This document shows, piece after piece, positions 1 to 14,800 of a stretch of DNA of 64,000 nucleotides (positions are counted from its first letter, which is position 1; every line of letters starts with the position of its first letter). This DNA comes from Trichoplax adhaerens (taxonomy: Eukaryota; Animalia; Placozoa): NCBI RefSeq assembly GCF_000150275.1, contig NW_002060951.1:2428297-2492296 (forward strand). Direction: 5' to 3'. The position numbers and the translations under genes were made by a program. The notes beneath the pieces were generated by a model that was not told where the DNA came from, ran no database searches, and saw nothing but the letters and a program-made list of their open reading frames with translations.

Positions 1-1032
1 TAAAGCTGCTTAAATAGCCGATCTTAAAACTAGTTACCTTAAATGTTGTTCTCGTTCATATCCAGAATATATTAGCTTATTTTAATGTTGACAAAATAAT
101 AGTTCGATACGAAAGGCTATTACAAAGCGGCTGGGATGTAACCATAATTAGCCAGTTAATTTACACAGATATACGTGTAGATGGAGGTCTGTGTTGACTG
201 CCGAGACATGGATGCGACCAGGAATTCAGGAGACCAGGATTACTTAAAATACGCGTAGACCCTAATCATGCTGTTTGGAGTAATGCAATACTGTACAATT
301 CCTTATTACGAAATCTACCGTTATGGTTCTTAAGCGGAGCTTATGACTAAGATTGCCATCTTTGAGTTTTATATAATTACTGTTATTTATTATTTAATTA
401 TATTATATAACTATTGATACCTAATATCATCATTCGTAATTTATTAAATGTAAATACAATAATTTTCTTGGTTCATTATACTCATTTCGATCATGCGATA
501 AACGTTATTAAAATATTATAATATATACAACGTTATGATGTCGATTATATGGCGATATTATACAATGTGACGATTAATATTCTGTACACGAGCGCATCTA
601 CATAAATACTGAAGGAATAGAATTTTATTAACATGAATGACTTCGACATTGTCTTTCATAAATAAAGTTCTGTAGTTATATATCAAATGAAGGTTTGCAT
701 GCGTTGAACTGTTTAAGACCCGATTAATCTATTTAATGTACAGTATTTGCGGTTTATAGGGTGTTCGCAGTGTTGTAATTGTTTTATATCCATATTAAGC
801 ATGCTTTAATTTAAAATTGCGGTACTGGTGATACTGTATTTACTCTTTACTCTATGATATTGTAGAGTTCGCGTACAATGCAGACAGCACAGACGGCTTG
901 ATTGCTAACGTGTGGATCTCGAATAAAGCAGAAATGCTTGATATCTTCTCTTATATAAAAGCCCAATCGCTTTATAATTTTCATTACTGGATGTATTTAG
1001 CGTTAATCCATCTCTTACCTTTTATATTACAG

Positions 1033-3510
1033 TTAGATTCAACGTATCCGACTAATAATGATGCCATAGATCTTATAACTGATGCGAACGTGACTGATAT
1101 TGTAAAAGTTCTAAAGGATAGAGGACCTCTGGCAGCTGTTGAACGTTTACTAAGGTAAAGCGATATAATATTTTTATGCTCCAAGCTGATAATGAAACAC
1201 CTTTTTCCGGTATAGGCACGGCAGAACGTACAGTAATTCGACTTATGTAATCGTGAGATAATTTGTAAGCTCTCTAATTTAAATGCGCGTTCTATTATGT
1301 ACAATAATACTATTGTAATCACCCCGACCGTTTCGATTGTAATTATCGCTCTGTCCCTAACCATTGCACCACTTCAATATTTTGCACAGTGTTGTTCTAG
1401 TCAGCTCTCAAGTTTTTATTCGGTATCGAAAATTATACGGTACAGTTATGCGGTATTCCGAACGCTTGTTGATGAAGTTGTATTGCTTCAATTATCAGTT
1501 ATAACGAAGAGCATACTTAATAACAGCTATTGTCTTATTAGATATGCCAGAAACTACATTTCTAGTTAAATCTTACTTTTTTAGGGAATCTACATTTTTA
1601 AAATCATTGTACATATTAAATTGGAACAAATATCTTTCTGTTATGACATTTAAATAATGGAGAGTTATTAAATACGAAAGTGCACAACTATAACCAAAAT
1701 TAACCTGTATTATATAGCTGCTTTCTATCTTCTGATAGCTAGTAAGGCATTACATAGAGATAAATCCTTAAAAGTTTTGATTCTTCATATCAACGAAATT
1801 TAACCATTCATATCAGTATTTATTGCACTCAGCTAAAAATTTAGTTGAAACTCAGGTTACTGTGTATCAGTTATCCTGTAATGATCTAAATTTTATGCTA
1901 TCTGCCCACTGCCTAATTTCGATTGTAAGTAAATATGATAACGGTATTATTTGAGTGTGCTTTGGTGTTGTTGTTTATTAGTTATACTGTACTTACTTCT
2001 GTGATAGTATTAGCATGTCATTTTCAATAATCTGCTCTACATTAGCTGTTAAGGCTAAAAGCCAATTTTTATACTGACTTAAAATATATCATACTTCAGC
2101 AGGGATTGACAAAAATACAATGTTTAATTACAATTTACAGTAGTGACCCATACAAAGTTGCCAAAATGATCAAGACTTTTATGCAGCAGCATAGCGTATC
2201 TCAGCGTGAAGTCGTTGAATCTACATCGCTGAATCAAAGTCATTTATCACAACATCTAAACAGAGGTACAGCAATGAAAACACGTAAAAGATCTGCGCTT
2301 TACTTGTGGTATGTGAAGAGAATTATGTTACTACAAAGACGTAAGTTACTATTACACTTTACTTTTTGATATTCTCTCATTTTGGCTTCTATTTCTATTC
2401 ATATAGTTTAGTTTTGTATATATCTGTATGGTAATGAATTGTCTATCTTTATAAAATCGTTAATAGACGAAAGCGATATAGAAGATGATACTACAGTAAA
2501 CTTAACTATAGATGATCTACCGAGTAGCCCTCCTTCCCCCAAGCGACAACGCCGTAGTCGATTTAAATGGGGTTCAGCTAGCAAACGTATTTTATATGAT
2601 TCCTATGCTAACAATACAAATCCTTCAAAGGAGGAACGTGATATGTTAGTTGATGCTTGCAATCATGCTGAGTGTGTTCAACGCGGCTTGCTGCCAAATC
2701 ATGAGAGTGCTTTAGGTTCTAGCTTGGTTACTGAAGTTCGGGTATACAATTGGTTTGCCAACCGCCGCAAGGAGGATACTTTCAAGATAAAATATCGTAA
2801 TAGTAAGTATGAAGAATATAATAATAATTCTCCAAACCATACTTTCAAATAGAAATACTAGCGAACATGATTTATTTGACGTTACTAAATATTTTACTTT
2901 GTGTGATTAATTAGACCCAACTAGTCTTAACCCTTCGATGGAATCGACTCATCTAGATAACAACACTACCGACGGTTCTACGCTTTTAGAGTGTAACGGA
3001 GGTAGTGCATTTACCCAGCAATTACAGGGGTTGACTGGTTCTCCTACTGGTACTTCTTGCGCGCTTTCAATGAGTCGTATTCCTCCAAGGGGTAGAAATT
3101 TAGTCAGTATGAGCATACCAGAACAAAATCTTGCAACTTCCGATTTTATGCAAGTTTCTCAGAATAACACGAAAAGGAACGATACTGATATACAGCCTAA
3201 CAGCTCAAATATGCAGCAAGTAATGCTGCCTGGAATATCACATTTTAGATTAAATATAAGGAAGAACGACTTATCAATTAATCAAACTGAAGGATCTGAA
3301 GCTATTATTACTGCTTCTAATCTTGCCACCGCAATTAATAATCGCCAATTGAATACATTATCGAGTATTAAATCACAAGTTAACAACGAACAGTTACGGC
3401 AAGGATGTTTACCTGAAGAAAGTCAGCCTTTGTTCGAAACTAGTAACAACCCTAGTTTACCAGTGTTATCTCAGTCTCAAATGCCACATTTAAATAGTAT
3501 TTCTCATTGA
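1033..3510 (+). CDS. HNF1: HNF1-class homeobox transcription factor (POU-like domain + atypical homeodomain), 5'-partial
   Basis: Phase-compatible GT-AG exons 1033-1154, 2141-2340, 2467-2802, 2915-3510(TGA). POU-like domain [45 protein letters not shown] and homeodomain RRSRFKWG...NPSKEER...[21 protein letters not shown] with the HNF1 insertion between helices 2 and 3. S/N/Q-rich C-terminal tail. No start ATG found; candidate upstream exons at 103-186 and 866-909. Confidence 0.95.
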
Positions 3511-6110
3511 ATAGTCCAGCTACCGTATTGACTTAATTATAACATAACGGTCACGTGCATCATAATTTTTATTTAAATTAACTTTGTCAAGATAGTTTAC
3601 TTAAAGGAAACAAATCTGGCAAAATTTCTGCATATCTGTATGATGCATCATTTTTTTTAAGTTTAATTTACTATTTGTGAATGATTTAAGCAGAAACTGA
3701 TCAAACCGAATTTTAATACTTTAATGCTGGTGTTATTGTACTGTTAGATATAATATTATTAAATTTTTGAAAGAAAATTTGTTATACTTGTATCATGACC
3801 ACAGAAATTTTATGCAAACTATTCATCAGAGAAATATAGATTTTACTATCATAAATATGGAAATACAACGTTAAAAATCTGATTAGTAATTAATACTATT
3901 TGTCAGATTATATTCTGCCTCTATGTCAATGTTGTACACTGTTATAAATCAAATATGTTGCCTGTTTTTAAGAAGGAAACAATAGAGATAAATTTTGCTT
4001 AAGTTCACCTTCAAATATTTTCTATTGCAACTCTAAAAATTTAGTCAAGAAATTCTTTCTTTTTACTATGTTCTCTATCACAGTGTTATCTGTCTGATTA
4101 AAATCTTTGAGCTGTTACAGTTTTTTTTAATTAGGCGCATTACCAGGAGATTCTGATGTATGATTTGATTCTTGCGATGAAATTTGACAATTGCCCCTAA
4201 AGCTTAATTTTTATCTTACATATTGAAGCAATGGTCAGTAAGATGATACGTTTAACTGATTAATTCAACAATTGGTTTGTAGACATAATAGCATTTTTGA
4301 TGAACTAAAGGATGGCTCTGTTGTGGCATCCATTGGCAATATTGAATCCTGTCACAATTGTATATGTATTACAATCTTTCTATAATTTATAGTATCAATT
4401 TCGAACTTTATTAAGTCATATTCAGTAATAATAATAATTGATCCGAAAAGTACTTTGAAATTATTTATGCTTTGATCAGTAGCGCATATTTACAAAATAA
4501 TTTTTAATATTTTATTATCAATATTTGAATTGTATAATATAAGAAAACATAGATCATATGCGAAGACATTGATCCACCTGGGTCCGCAGTTATCCCTTCC
4601 TGTATACCTTCCGGTATTTTATACTCTACGCTATCGGTTATAAATTACCGACCTTGACGTTGCATTGGCCATAAGCAGAAAGATTATACTGTAGTTATGA
4701 GTATAAAAATATATAGTGCTACGTTTATGGCATCCTGTATTCAACTGCGACGCAATTAGGGTACTGCCCATCGCATTCGTTGTGATTGATGCATAATAAT
4801 ATGTGGTTATGTTTGAATTAAGATTTCTATCGTCTTTTACCGTCGTATAAAACAATATTGTCGATACGATTTGTTCTCTATACTTTTAATTTCAGCAAAG
4901 AAAACAAGCTTGATTTAGTCCATGTTATTTATTACAACCGACCTATTTGTAATTTCTACTAAGTTACAAATGTAGCTTCTTATTTAATTATTCTATGCAA
5001 TGATTAGCACTGAGCTATTAGTAAAGCATAAATGAGTAAGTTGTACTGTATTACATTGGTATTAAACTGTCAAAAAATGTATAGTTATGTTTTTTTATTG
5101 TACAGAACTGTTTTATGAAGTATTAAAAAGTATATTCAAGAAATTTCCATTAAAAATAATTTACCCTATCGTGAATTGCAGATGATAATACGCTAATTAA
5201 ATGTCGATAAGTACAGTACTTAGTACTATTTATGAGTGGTTTAGTTATTGTACGTAACTGTTGTAGTATAAATCATCCGGAAGCCTATGGAGGCCCTACA
5301 TCTATAATAAAAAAATAATTTTAAGACTCATACTGTGGCAGCATTCATTACGGGGTATAGCACGACATAAAATTCAAGTACGACGAGCAAATACATAAAT
5401 GATTATGAATACAGTACATAGAGTACGTTCACGCTGTATTTTATAGTTCATCTGCGGGACAGCTATCAGATTGGGATATGAAATTTAGATTCGAAAATTT
5501 ACATTAATTTATAGCCTAAACTGTGTCTTTGTATTATACCGTTTATAATTTAATCTTAGAATATCGAGCTTTAAATCGAGTCACACGGAACTAAAAATTA
5601 TAAAGAAGTCAAACGTAAGTTTAGTGCTTAGCATCACCGTATGATCGCTATCGTTTTAAAAATGTATAACACAGATTACAGTATAAGAGATACGTTACAA
5701 CATTCATCAGCAATCGAGATTTAAACATCTATTGCGATAATACTTTAATGGAGAGGTATGCTTTAAGCAATATAACTTACTTTATTTCAATGATTTACTA
5801 AATAGTTCAAAGAACATTAATTTTACAGTCCGTTCACATAGATCTCATTTAAATATTTTAATTTAGTGTGAATAATATTACTGTTCGAATATTGATTATC
5901 ACATAGCTAAATAATGCCTTGTAGACAGCTCTAGCACTATCTCATCCACCCTGATTTATCTATTAAATTTACATTATTAAATATTAAAATGAAGTGCATG
6001 TATGAGTAGTTTTCTGGAACAACCTTTAAATACGTAACGTAACCTGCAATTACATAAGCATCCGAGACGAATCAGTTAAAATCCTTAACTGTCTCGTCTT
6101 TACTTAGAGA

Positions 6111-9100
6111 TCACTTTTCTAATAAAGATAGTTCTAACGCAACACGCAATTCCTCTTCCTCTTTAATACGTCTACTACTATCTTCATTAGCTACTTGAGT
6201 AGATAGCTGCATAGCCATTTTCAATTGATCGTCGAAATTGTTAGCTGTGACAAAAGTATCCATTACTGGGTCAGCCATTTCTGGATCTTGAACATTAACA
6301 TTAGCATCGTTGGTTCGAGTAGCTCGAAGACTCTCTTCAATTGCCCTGTTATCAATACATTACAACGGTAATTAAGTTAGATATAGGTGTCTAACAGGTA
6401 TCTTTCATCAAGATTAAAAAGAATAGAATATTACCATGATAATTCAGCATCATTGTTTTCGTTCATTTCATACCGATACGGTCTATATACAAACTCATCT
6501 CCTATTGCCTATTATAAGTCCGGATAAAATGACTACTGAGGAAATACTAATTGGATCAGACGAGTAGCTACATAGTAGATTTATTGATAGTAAGTTATTT
6601 ATAAATACGGTAGTTGTTTACACTAACTGTAGTTTCTGAGCTTTCTTCTAATTGCCGATCGCTTAAGCTTTTCTGCAAAGCATATTGCAATAGCATATCT
6701 TCCTCATCAGCTCCGAAGTTATTGCTTTCTCTTTGCAGTACTTTAGAGTAACTGCTCGGAATGTCAAAGCAAGAATCATCAATTAAATAGTTCTTTTGCT
6801 TAACGTCATCGGTAGTGTCTAGCTTAGCTTCCAACGGAGATAGTCCTTGGACGGCCTCGTTTTCGCCGTTCAGGTTCGCGAAAGTTATGCGCGCATTAAG
6901 GATATGATACAGAGGGATTTCTGTTTTAAATATCAATAACATGAAGAGTTAACTTTCAGAAACATTCCACTTTGTTGTTCTAGGAAAATGGACTTTTAAA
7001 CTAATTAATATTACATATTAACTATAATTGGGATATGTAAGAATTCTTATAATTACCAATCTTGATAGGAAATCCAGATGGAAGTTGCATAGAGATAAAA
7101 TCGCGTAATTTTTGAAAGTGAGGATTACTGATTGCCTGTTATAATTAATCGAAATGGACATGATAATCCATAGTTGAAGATCTTAAAGGAATTTCATATG
7201 AAGGTAGTATTTAATTTTATGTTAAAGATTTTAAAGATTACAGGCTGTCAGAATTGTAATAAATGTTAGGTTTACCATCAAATTTATAATTGGTAACACT
7301 TGCTCTTGTAATGATAAATAATAGTCATCACAAAGCCATAAAGATGCTTTAAGTCGCTGTTCTTTTACAGACATCTCCTTTGGACGACCAATATCTAGGG
7401 AGAAATTGACCAAGATTTTTACGTACTAATACATTGACAAGAAGTGCGGTTACAGTGAATCAACGAGTAACGATATTTACATAAGACTTTCTATATAGGG
7501 TGGACATGGGAATAAAATGAGATTTAAGCTAATGAACCTTGCTTTTTAGTTTCTTCTGTAGGGTAAAAATAATCTTGAGATGATAACGATTTCAGATCCG
7601 CCTGTTCGATTTCAGAACTATCCTCTCGTTTATCTTGCTGACAGATATCAGCATTAGACAATTACTGTTACTAAGTGTATGGTCTATATACATTGTGTAT
7701 GCGTATGCAGCACATATTTTGAATAGAAATCATGATTCAATTAAATTAGCTTATTCTAAACCTGAATCGTTTCCGGAACTGCATCAGTCTTATCTTTCTC
7801 GTTCGAGTGTTGTTCAATGGCACCCATCAAGGAATGAAAAAACGATCGACCTTATACAACCAGAATTAATAAAACATTCGAGTTTACCTTTCCTTGCGAC
7901 TTGACGAATATCTATTATTGCCTTGACAAGTAATAAGAAGCAAACCTTCAGTTTTATTGCGTTCTTTATCTTCTTCAGAAAGGTGTTCATATCGGGTCCT
8001 AGCGATAACGACTACGTTTGAAACATTGTATACCTATCAAATGATACAAAAATTAACTTTGTATTTATGCAATCCAATATCTTGATGCTAAAATATACTA
8101 ATAAGAGACAATACTCGTATGATAAAACAATTAAAATATTAGGCTAATATTAGAAATCAGTATCACTACATTATGCATAGCGATAACTTTTATTGAATTT
8201 ACACGAAAAACATCTTACTTTAATTGTGTCATGCCTGGCGTATGTATACTTTATTCTATAGCAACAGATACTTACTTTTGCTTCATAATTGTTAACAGCT
8301 TCAGTTCTGTCCGTTCTCCATCCCCAAATTCCACTTTTTTGCCTATTGAATGTGTTTTTCAGATATGCTATAATATTCCATGACAGATTCAACATACAGT
8401 AATAGCCTAGTTACCTTGAGAATTCAATGTTATCAATATTGATGATAGTAGATGTGACAGGCATCCTCAATCGTTCAAATACTAGCTCCGATGAGGGTTC
8501 CGATCCTAAACGTCTACCAATTTCGCTATAATTGAAATAATTCCAAAATTTTAAAATTCAGATTATTATATTTAGGAAAATCAAAAACATCCTAAAAGGC
8601 ATACGTACTCAAGACTGATTGTTTCCGAACAAGCTTTACGCTTTTCATGATCTACTTCTATGATTTCAGCACCATTATCTGTCAAAAATGCATTATTATT
8701 ATCTGAGATAATACTATCGATTAGTATTCGTGATTTACTGTAAATAATTCTCTCCAACTGGTCACAGTTCCTTTATAAAATGATGATACACTTCTGTAAG
8801 ATAATATCAAACAAACTCACCAGCGGCTTTAAAAATAATACTTCTATTTCCTGTTTTACCAATATTTTCGTCTAGGCTTAGCAACGTTGTATCTACTCGA
8901 AGAAACGCACCTGGAAAGAATACAATTAGGTACTATTGTTACATTATTAAGGAAAAACTGATAAACCAGATACTAATTAGATCTTTAGATCTGTTACAAA
9001 CACAAAAACATGATCAATTTGTAATCAGAGTCTGCGCATGAATAGTACGAATATAAGAACAACTTTCGCGGTCTAACGTATCAGTAACAAGTGACCATTT

Positions 9101-10747
9101 GTTTTAGGTAGATCGCTGTCTTTGCATGATAGTACCTTTTTTCCAAATCTTGCATACATCGTTTGGAAAGGCTCTAGAAATCAGGGGAACTAAAATTAAT
9201 AGATACTGTTAAGTATCAGTATAATACTTGTTTGCATAACTTTTATCTACTATATAAATAAAGATCATATTCAACTGACTCCAACTTGTAAATTCCCATT
9301 TCATCTCAATATAAAAATCTCTGGTCTAATTTAAATTAAAAGCAACTGTAAATATAATGATTAATTCGGTCTAATATAGTATGAAAGTAGATAAAACTAT
9401 AAACATAATACTTACAGTCTGCAACATATCTAGTAACTCTGGGATTGCAGCTACCCTACTAGAAATTTGTTGTCGATCACGGTACTTAAGCACCATTTTC
9501 AAGATATTGGGTTTACCCAGACAAACCGCTTCTTGTAGTGCTAACGTAAAGAAACGATAATTGTGCTGAATTACTGGTCCTTTTAAATAGTCAATTAAGA
9601 CTAGATAATATCTGTTTCTGTGCTATTATATTATGACTGCAATATTACATATTACCCGTCCATTTCATAGCATTGAGGGCACTGGCGCTACAATTAGCTT
9701 CGAGTAATACGCGCACGCAATCTTCATGACCTAATGCAATTGCAAGATGTAATGGTGTTCGCCCATGTTTGTCGAGTTTTTCATGTTCATGCTAATGACC
9801 AAAACAAATAAGAAAAACGTTGACTTAATTAAATATTCTTATGCACGTACAATACTGTACTGTATAGTATACATTACATATATACTTATACAGCATGTCA
9901 ATTTTGTAAAATTAATTGATTACAATACAAATTCTGCATGGTGCAGACTGCTGAGTGACTTTAGCACCAAGTCTGCACGCCATTACGTCATTCCTTGAAA
10001 ATACAAGCATACGTACAGTATAATATTTTCACATTTTTACAATACTGTACAGTACAGTACAGTACGGCTCAGTTCAGCACCAAAAAATGGCAGCAAACAC
10101 TGCCTAAAATTTTTATGTAGAGAAGCAGAAATTGCGGCTTACAGTAGGTTTATCATGTAATATAATGATAGACTTCTTTCTGAACTTAAGTAATATAATA
10201 ATGTTAGTTCATCTTTCTTACAATTTAAAAATTATATCATAAGGACTGATTGTACTGTACTAGTGTATAGAATTATTAACTAGAAATTAAATTGGACTAC
10301 ACTAATCGTACAGTCAAAATTTAGACATGTTTTTACTTTGCAAATTTACATAGAAATGAACTCGGATGAAAATCATACTGTAATAAAATCAGTTTAGCAG
10401 TATAAAAAATGCTAGATCCAAGGAAGGAGGATCCTTAATAAAAGTTTATGGTTGTGCTACAGCTGTGTATATTAGTAGCAAATAGAACAGTCAGTAGCTG
10501 TGAACGTATCATTTATCAGCTAACGATAAAGATAAATGTAGTACTGTCCAGTACTGTAAAGCGTACTGTCCCGTACTACTCGTACGTCTACTAAGGGTAT
10601 TTGAATATTGTGTACTATATTTACTGTACTGTATTAACTACTAACCTCTCCTTTGCATAACATTTCTTGTAATTCAGCTACACGATTATTCCAAATGAGC
10701 CAATGTAATGGGAATTCCTTACTGGCCTTTTCACAGTTTTGAGCCAT
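6111..10747 (-). CDS. ANKRD13: Ankyrin repeat domain-containing protein 13 (ankyrin repeats + C-terminal UIMs)
   Basis: About 16 minus-strand exons. Exon 1 10747-10646 [21 protein letters not shown]; exon 2 9791-9656 [16 protein letters not shown]; [32 protein letters not shown]; [28 protein letters not shown]. Four UIM-like motifs ending [16 protein letters not shown], stop at 6111-6113. Confidence 0.95.
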
Positions 10748-11028
10748 CAGTGATGACGCCGGTGGGTCAGATTCTGGAGATGTACACACACTAATACGCT
10801 ATTACTATATACTATAAATAATAATAAACACTCTAATATTTGGGCTCGTATCTTTACAGGATAGTACTGATTTACAATAAACGATCATAATCTTAATTAT
10901 CAGTTAATAATGTCATTCTACAGATACATAATGATATCCATGCTGTCTGCTATAGCGTAACTGGATGATATTTGGAGTGTTTAAGGAGAAATCTCTAACA
11001 TCAGAGCAAGGGATGAACTTGAAAAAAA

Positions 11029-11081
11029 TTTGTGAATGTCAAACTGCGGAATACTTTGTGAATGGTCAAACTGCGGAATAC
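11029..11081. repeat. 26/27-bp direct tandem duplication
   Basis: TTTGTGAATG(G)TCAAACTGCGGAATAC twice (11029-11054, 11055-11081). Confidence 0.9.
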
Positions 11082-11565
11082 TGTACAGTGTACAGTACAA
11101 TACTAACTACAGTACATACTGTACACTGTACAGTACAGTACTGAAAAAAGCATTCGCTATTATCGTCATCGACGGTAGCCACGATACGACAGTCTCACTC
11201 GTTGCAGTTTGTATGAGTCACAGTATGCCTTTTGCCTACCCGTTACGGTACTCTTGTTCGGCGTGCAGATTACTACGGTGGCCCATTACTGTACAGATTG
11301 CTGTACAGTACAGTGTACAGTACAACAAGTACAATACTGTACTGTAAGCTGTACAGTACAGTACAATAAGTACAATACAATGTACTGTACAATGTACAGT
11401 GTACAGTACAGCACTCGATATGGCTACCTGATCCTTGCTTGGATCATCATAGCGTAAAAAACCTACAGTACTGTACTGTACTGTACTGTACTGTACTGTA
11501 CTGTACTGTACACCTGAAATTTCCATTAGCGTGATTAATTATTGTACTGTACAGTGTACACTGTA
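11081..11565. repeat. (CAGTA)n/(TACTG)n pentamer arrays, including perfect (CTGTA)8 at 11471-11510
   Basis: Directly visible. Runs alternate in orientation, creating CAGTACTG and CTGTACAG palindromes. Lies between the divergent ANKRD13 and POLR1C starts. Confidence 0.95.
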
Positions 11566-11849
11566 GAAGAGCACCGGTGGTAAAGTAAGATCCATAAAAT
11601 TACAATTTCATCAATACAAGTTCTAATGATAATACGGTGACTTTTATCTGATAGACTTGAAATCATCGAAGTCTAAGATTTTAAAACTGTTTCAGCTGCA
11701 TACTGCAGTAAATAAACCTGGTCCAGTCGAACTGTGCAGAACACATACTGTACTGTATAAAGGCACAATTTTTGTTAATAAACTGGCCAGTACGGATGCC
11801 GAATCAACTTTAAGTTCATAGTCTTTACTTACTATATACTGCATGTGGT

Positions 11850-14800
11850 ATGGCTACGCAAACAGCTCAGCTCCGGACTCGTGTTCAATTGGAAGAATAC
11901 CAAGTTAAAAATGTTAGATACTGAACTTATATATCAAAGTGTTAATTAAGATCATCTTTGTATCTGGAACTACGTGTATTAATAGATTTCCTGTAATTTA
12001 TTACGCCTCTCATTACTTGTTACCGTTATTTCACTTTCTACTTATAACGTGTATAGTTCTTGTAACACATACATTATATGCGAATGTAGTAATGGCAATG
12101 CATACCAGAATGCAATGATTTCTAGTTTACAAATGCTCAATAATAATTTACAGATAGCAAGAAATAAATGGTAGATGTCAATGAATTCAGAGTAGTTTAC
12201 ATCTTGTTCCGACGAACCTTATCATTCGATTGTAGTGGTTAGCTTACACATTTAGAGTATTATATAAATTAAATAATCTACTTATTTGATTTAACGGATG
12301 CCAATTTTCTAGACACACACCGTTGATTTTCCCGGTGCATTTCACGGTTATGACGATGCCTGGAGTCTCAATAGCTTTAGAAAGGTCCGTATCAATAAAT
12401 AATTTTGATGAAAACTTCTAGCCAAATCGTATGCATATGCGTTCTACAAACTAATAAGAATCCTATTTACGTTACTTTACTGAAATTATTATTTCAGATA
12501 GCTTGTCAGTTAAAGTTCTCATCAGTTATATACAGTGTAACTATGAATATATATATGTGTATATAATTACGTATTATTATTAACTATTATTATAATTAGA
12601 ACTTCAAGATTGAAATCATAAAGGTAGACAATGAAGAAATGGAATTTGACATGATAGGCATTGATGCATCGATTGCCAATGCTTATAGAAGAATTATGCT
12701 TTCTGAGGTAGTTACATACGTACATGTTTCAAAAGTAACTTAATCTCACTGTACCCCAAGATAATCTTAAAATCTAACTTTTATACTGAACAAAATAAAT
12801 TGCTTTAGAGCTCTAAATCATACCTTTATATTAGGTTCCCGCAATGGCAATAGAAAAGGTCGTTATCCATAATAATACATCAATTATACAAGATGAGGTA
12901 TAACGCTCTCAATTCTTCATTTTTGGCATGTTCTGTGATTAGATGAAATGTGTTTACAAAAAAGCGATTCGTGTCACAAAAGTGTAATAATAAAATTTTG
13001 TAAAATTTACATCTAATATAATTCGTCATCACATGGCATTGTATGCAGCGAATTTATAATGTTTATAAACATCATGTTGTATAACAATTTCTGAATATTT
13101 GTTTCAATCTTTAAGGTATTAGCCCATAGATTAGGTCTGATTCCTATCGCAGCTGATCCAAAGCTATTTGATAACTTTAATCCAGGTACAATAAATTAGT
13201 AAAAATAAATTCTACAGTTCAGATTATTTCTATTTAGGTTAAAATATATTAATTAACTAATCAATATCAACGGCAGTCCTTCATACTGCACCCATTATCG
13301 TATTGGGCGCGATAGTAATTCAAATTGAAACTTTAATTATTGTTCTAAGACACGAATTGGATATTGATATCTATTTGATATTCTTTTTTGGCAAGTCTTA
13401 CATATGAAAATCTATCAATTAATACCTATACCATCCTTTCAGTGAAAATAACAAAAATTATTACTTGAATGTATTCAATGCCTATGCACTTAGTTACTAC
13501 CATATAGAGCATTCATAGGTTAATAGCATACTTTGTAATATGGCTTCTGAGTAATGATTAAGGTTTATTAATAGTGTTTATATATTTCAGGGGATACGCC
13601 GACGAACAAGAACAGTATAACTTTCACATTACAAATTAAGTGTATCAGAAATCGCTCGGCACATTCAGATGCAACTGATCCAGAAGAATTATATATTAAT
13701 TCTAAAGGTATACTAGTATTAGCAATCACGTAGTCTATATCCTATGATGAATAAGTCTACATCGTTTTCGGTTGACCTTACTATACAGAATATGTTCTTA
13801 TAGCACACAGTTAAAATGTGCATACTAGCTACTTTAAATTTCTATTACTTTACTTAACTGCTATTCTTACTACAATAAGTAACCACCAAGGATTTAAAAT
13901 TGAAATACAATGAAGATCAAGACAATGCGGTAAGTCAAAATATTGAGGACGTTATTATATTACTAGCTACGTTACAGATAGATGTTACATCTATTCACAC
14001 AAATTTTGTTTTTTTGTATGACAGATTCCTAACAAGGACATACGTCCCGTCCATGAGGATATCCTCATAGCAAAATTACGACCTGGTCAGGTAATAGAAA
14101 TTGGTTGTGCCTAGATCATATGCTGCATTTCATCAGTAATTTTAATGACTCGTGATTCAATGTAGGAAATTGACTTGGAGATGATATGTGTTAAAGGAAC
14201 TGGTGCCGATCATGCTAAATTTTCTCCAGTTGGTAATAATTTATATCTATTAGTATGGTGATCAAGTTATTCACTTTTATCGTATGCAATGCATGTATAA
14301 TAGTATCCAAGCACTGCAGGACCTCATCTAGAATTATCTCTTTTCAGCTACGGCCTCATATAGGTTAATGCCAGAGATTATCCTAAAACAAGCAGTTACT
14401 GGTAAGCGAGCTAAAAGACTAGCAAAATGTTTTCCTGAAGGTGTTATTGGAATTAAAGAAATCAAAGGTAACATATGTATTTATAGTTATCGTATTTTAA
14501 ATCCATATAAGTATTTTGGATTGTCTGCATCGTAACAGCCATTATTTCTTCTCTACTTCAAACAAAAGGTATAAAGACTGCCTACATAGATAAACCTCGT
14601 CTCGATACTTGCAGTAGGCAGGTATTACGTGATCCGGAATTAAAAGAACATGTAATATTGAATAAAATTCGTGATCATTTCATATGTAAGCTACAATGAC
14701 ATTCGAATTGATAAATTGAACGATGTTAAATTGCGCGCTTTGCTAATTTTCATGATTTATTATTTCTTAGTTTGTATTGAATCTACGGGCTCCATCCCTC

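Larger units (their letters stand above)
10748..11849. promoter_or_regulatory. Putative bidirectional promoter region (ANKRD13 / POLR1C)
   Basis: Divergent ATGs at 10747(-) and 11850(+), 1.1 kb apart. Confidence 0.65.

Noticed and set aside
3950-4860. Possible minus-strand exons downstream of HNF1, where human has C12orf43/CUSTOS
   Set aside because: Some AG/GT-bounded segments exist, but no consistent frame and no CUSTOS-like motif was found.
11036-11526. ORFs with YSTVQ/CTVQ repeats on both strands
   Set aside because: Translation artefacts of the CAGTA pentamer arrays.
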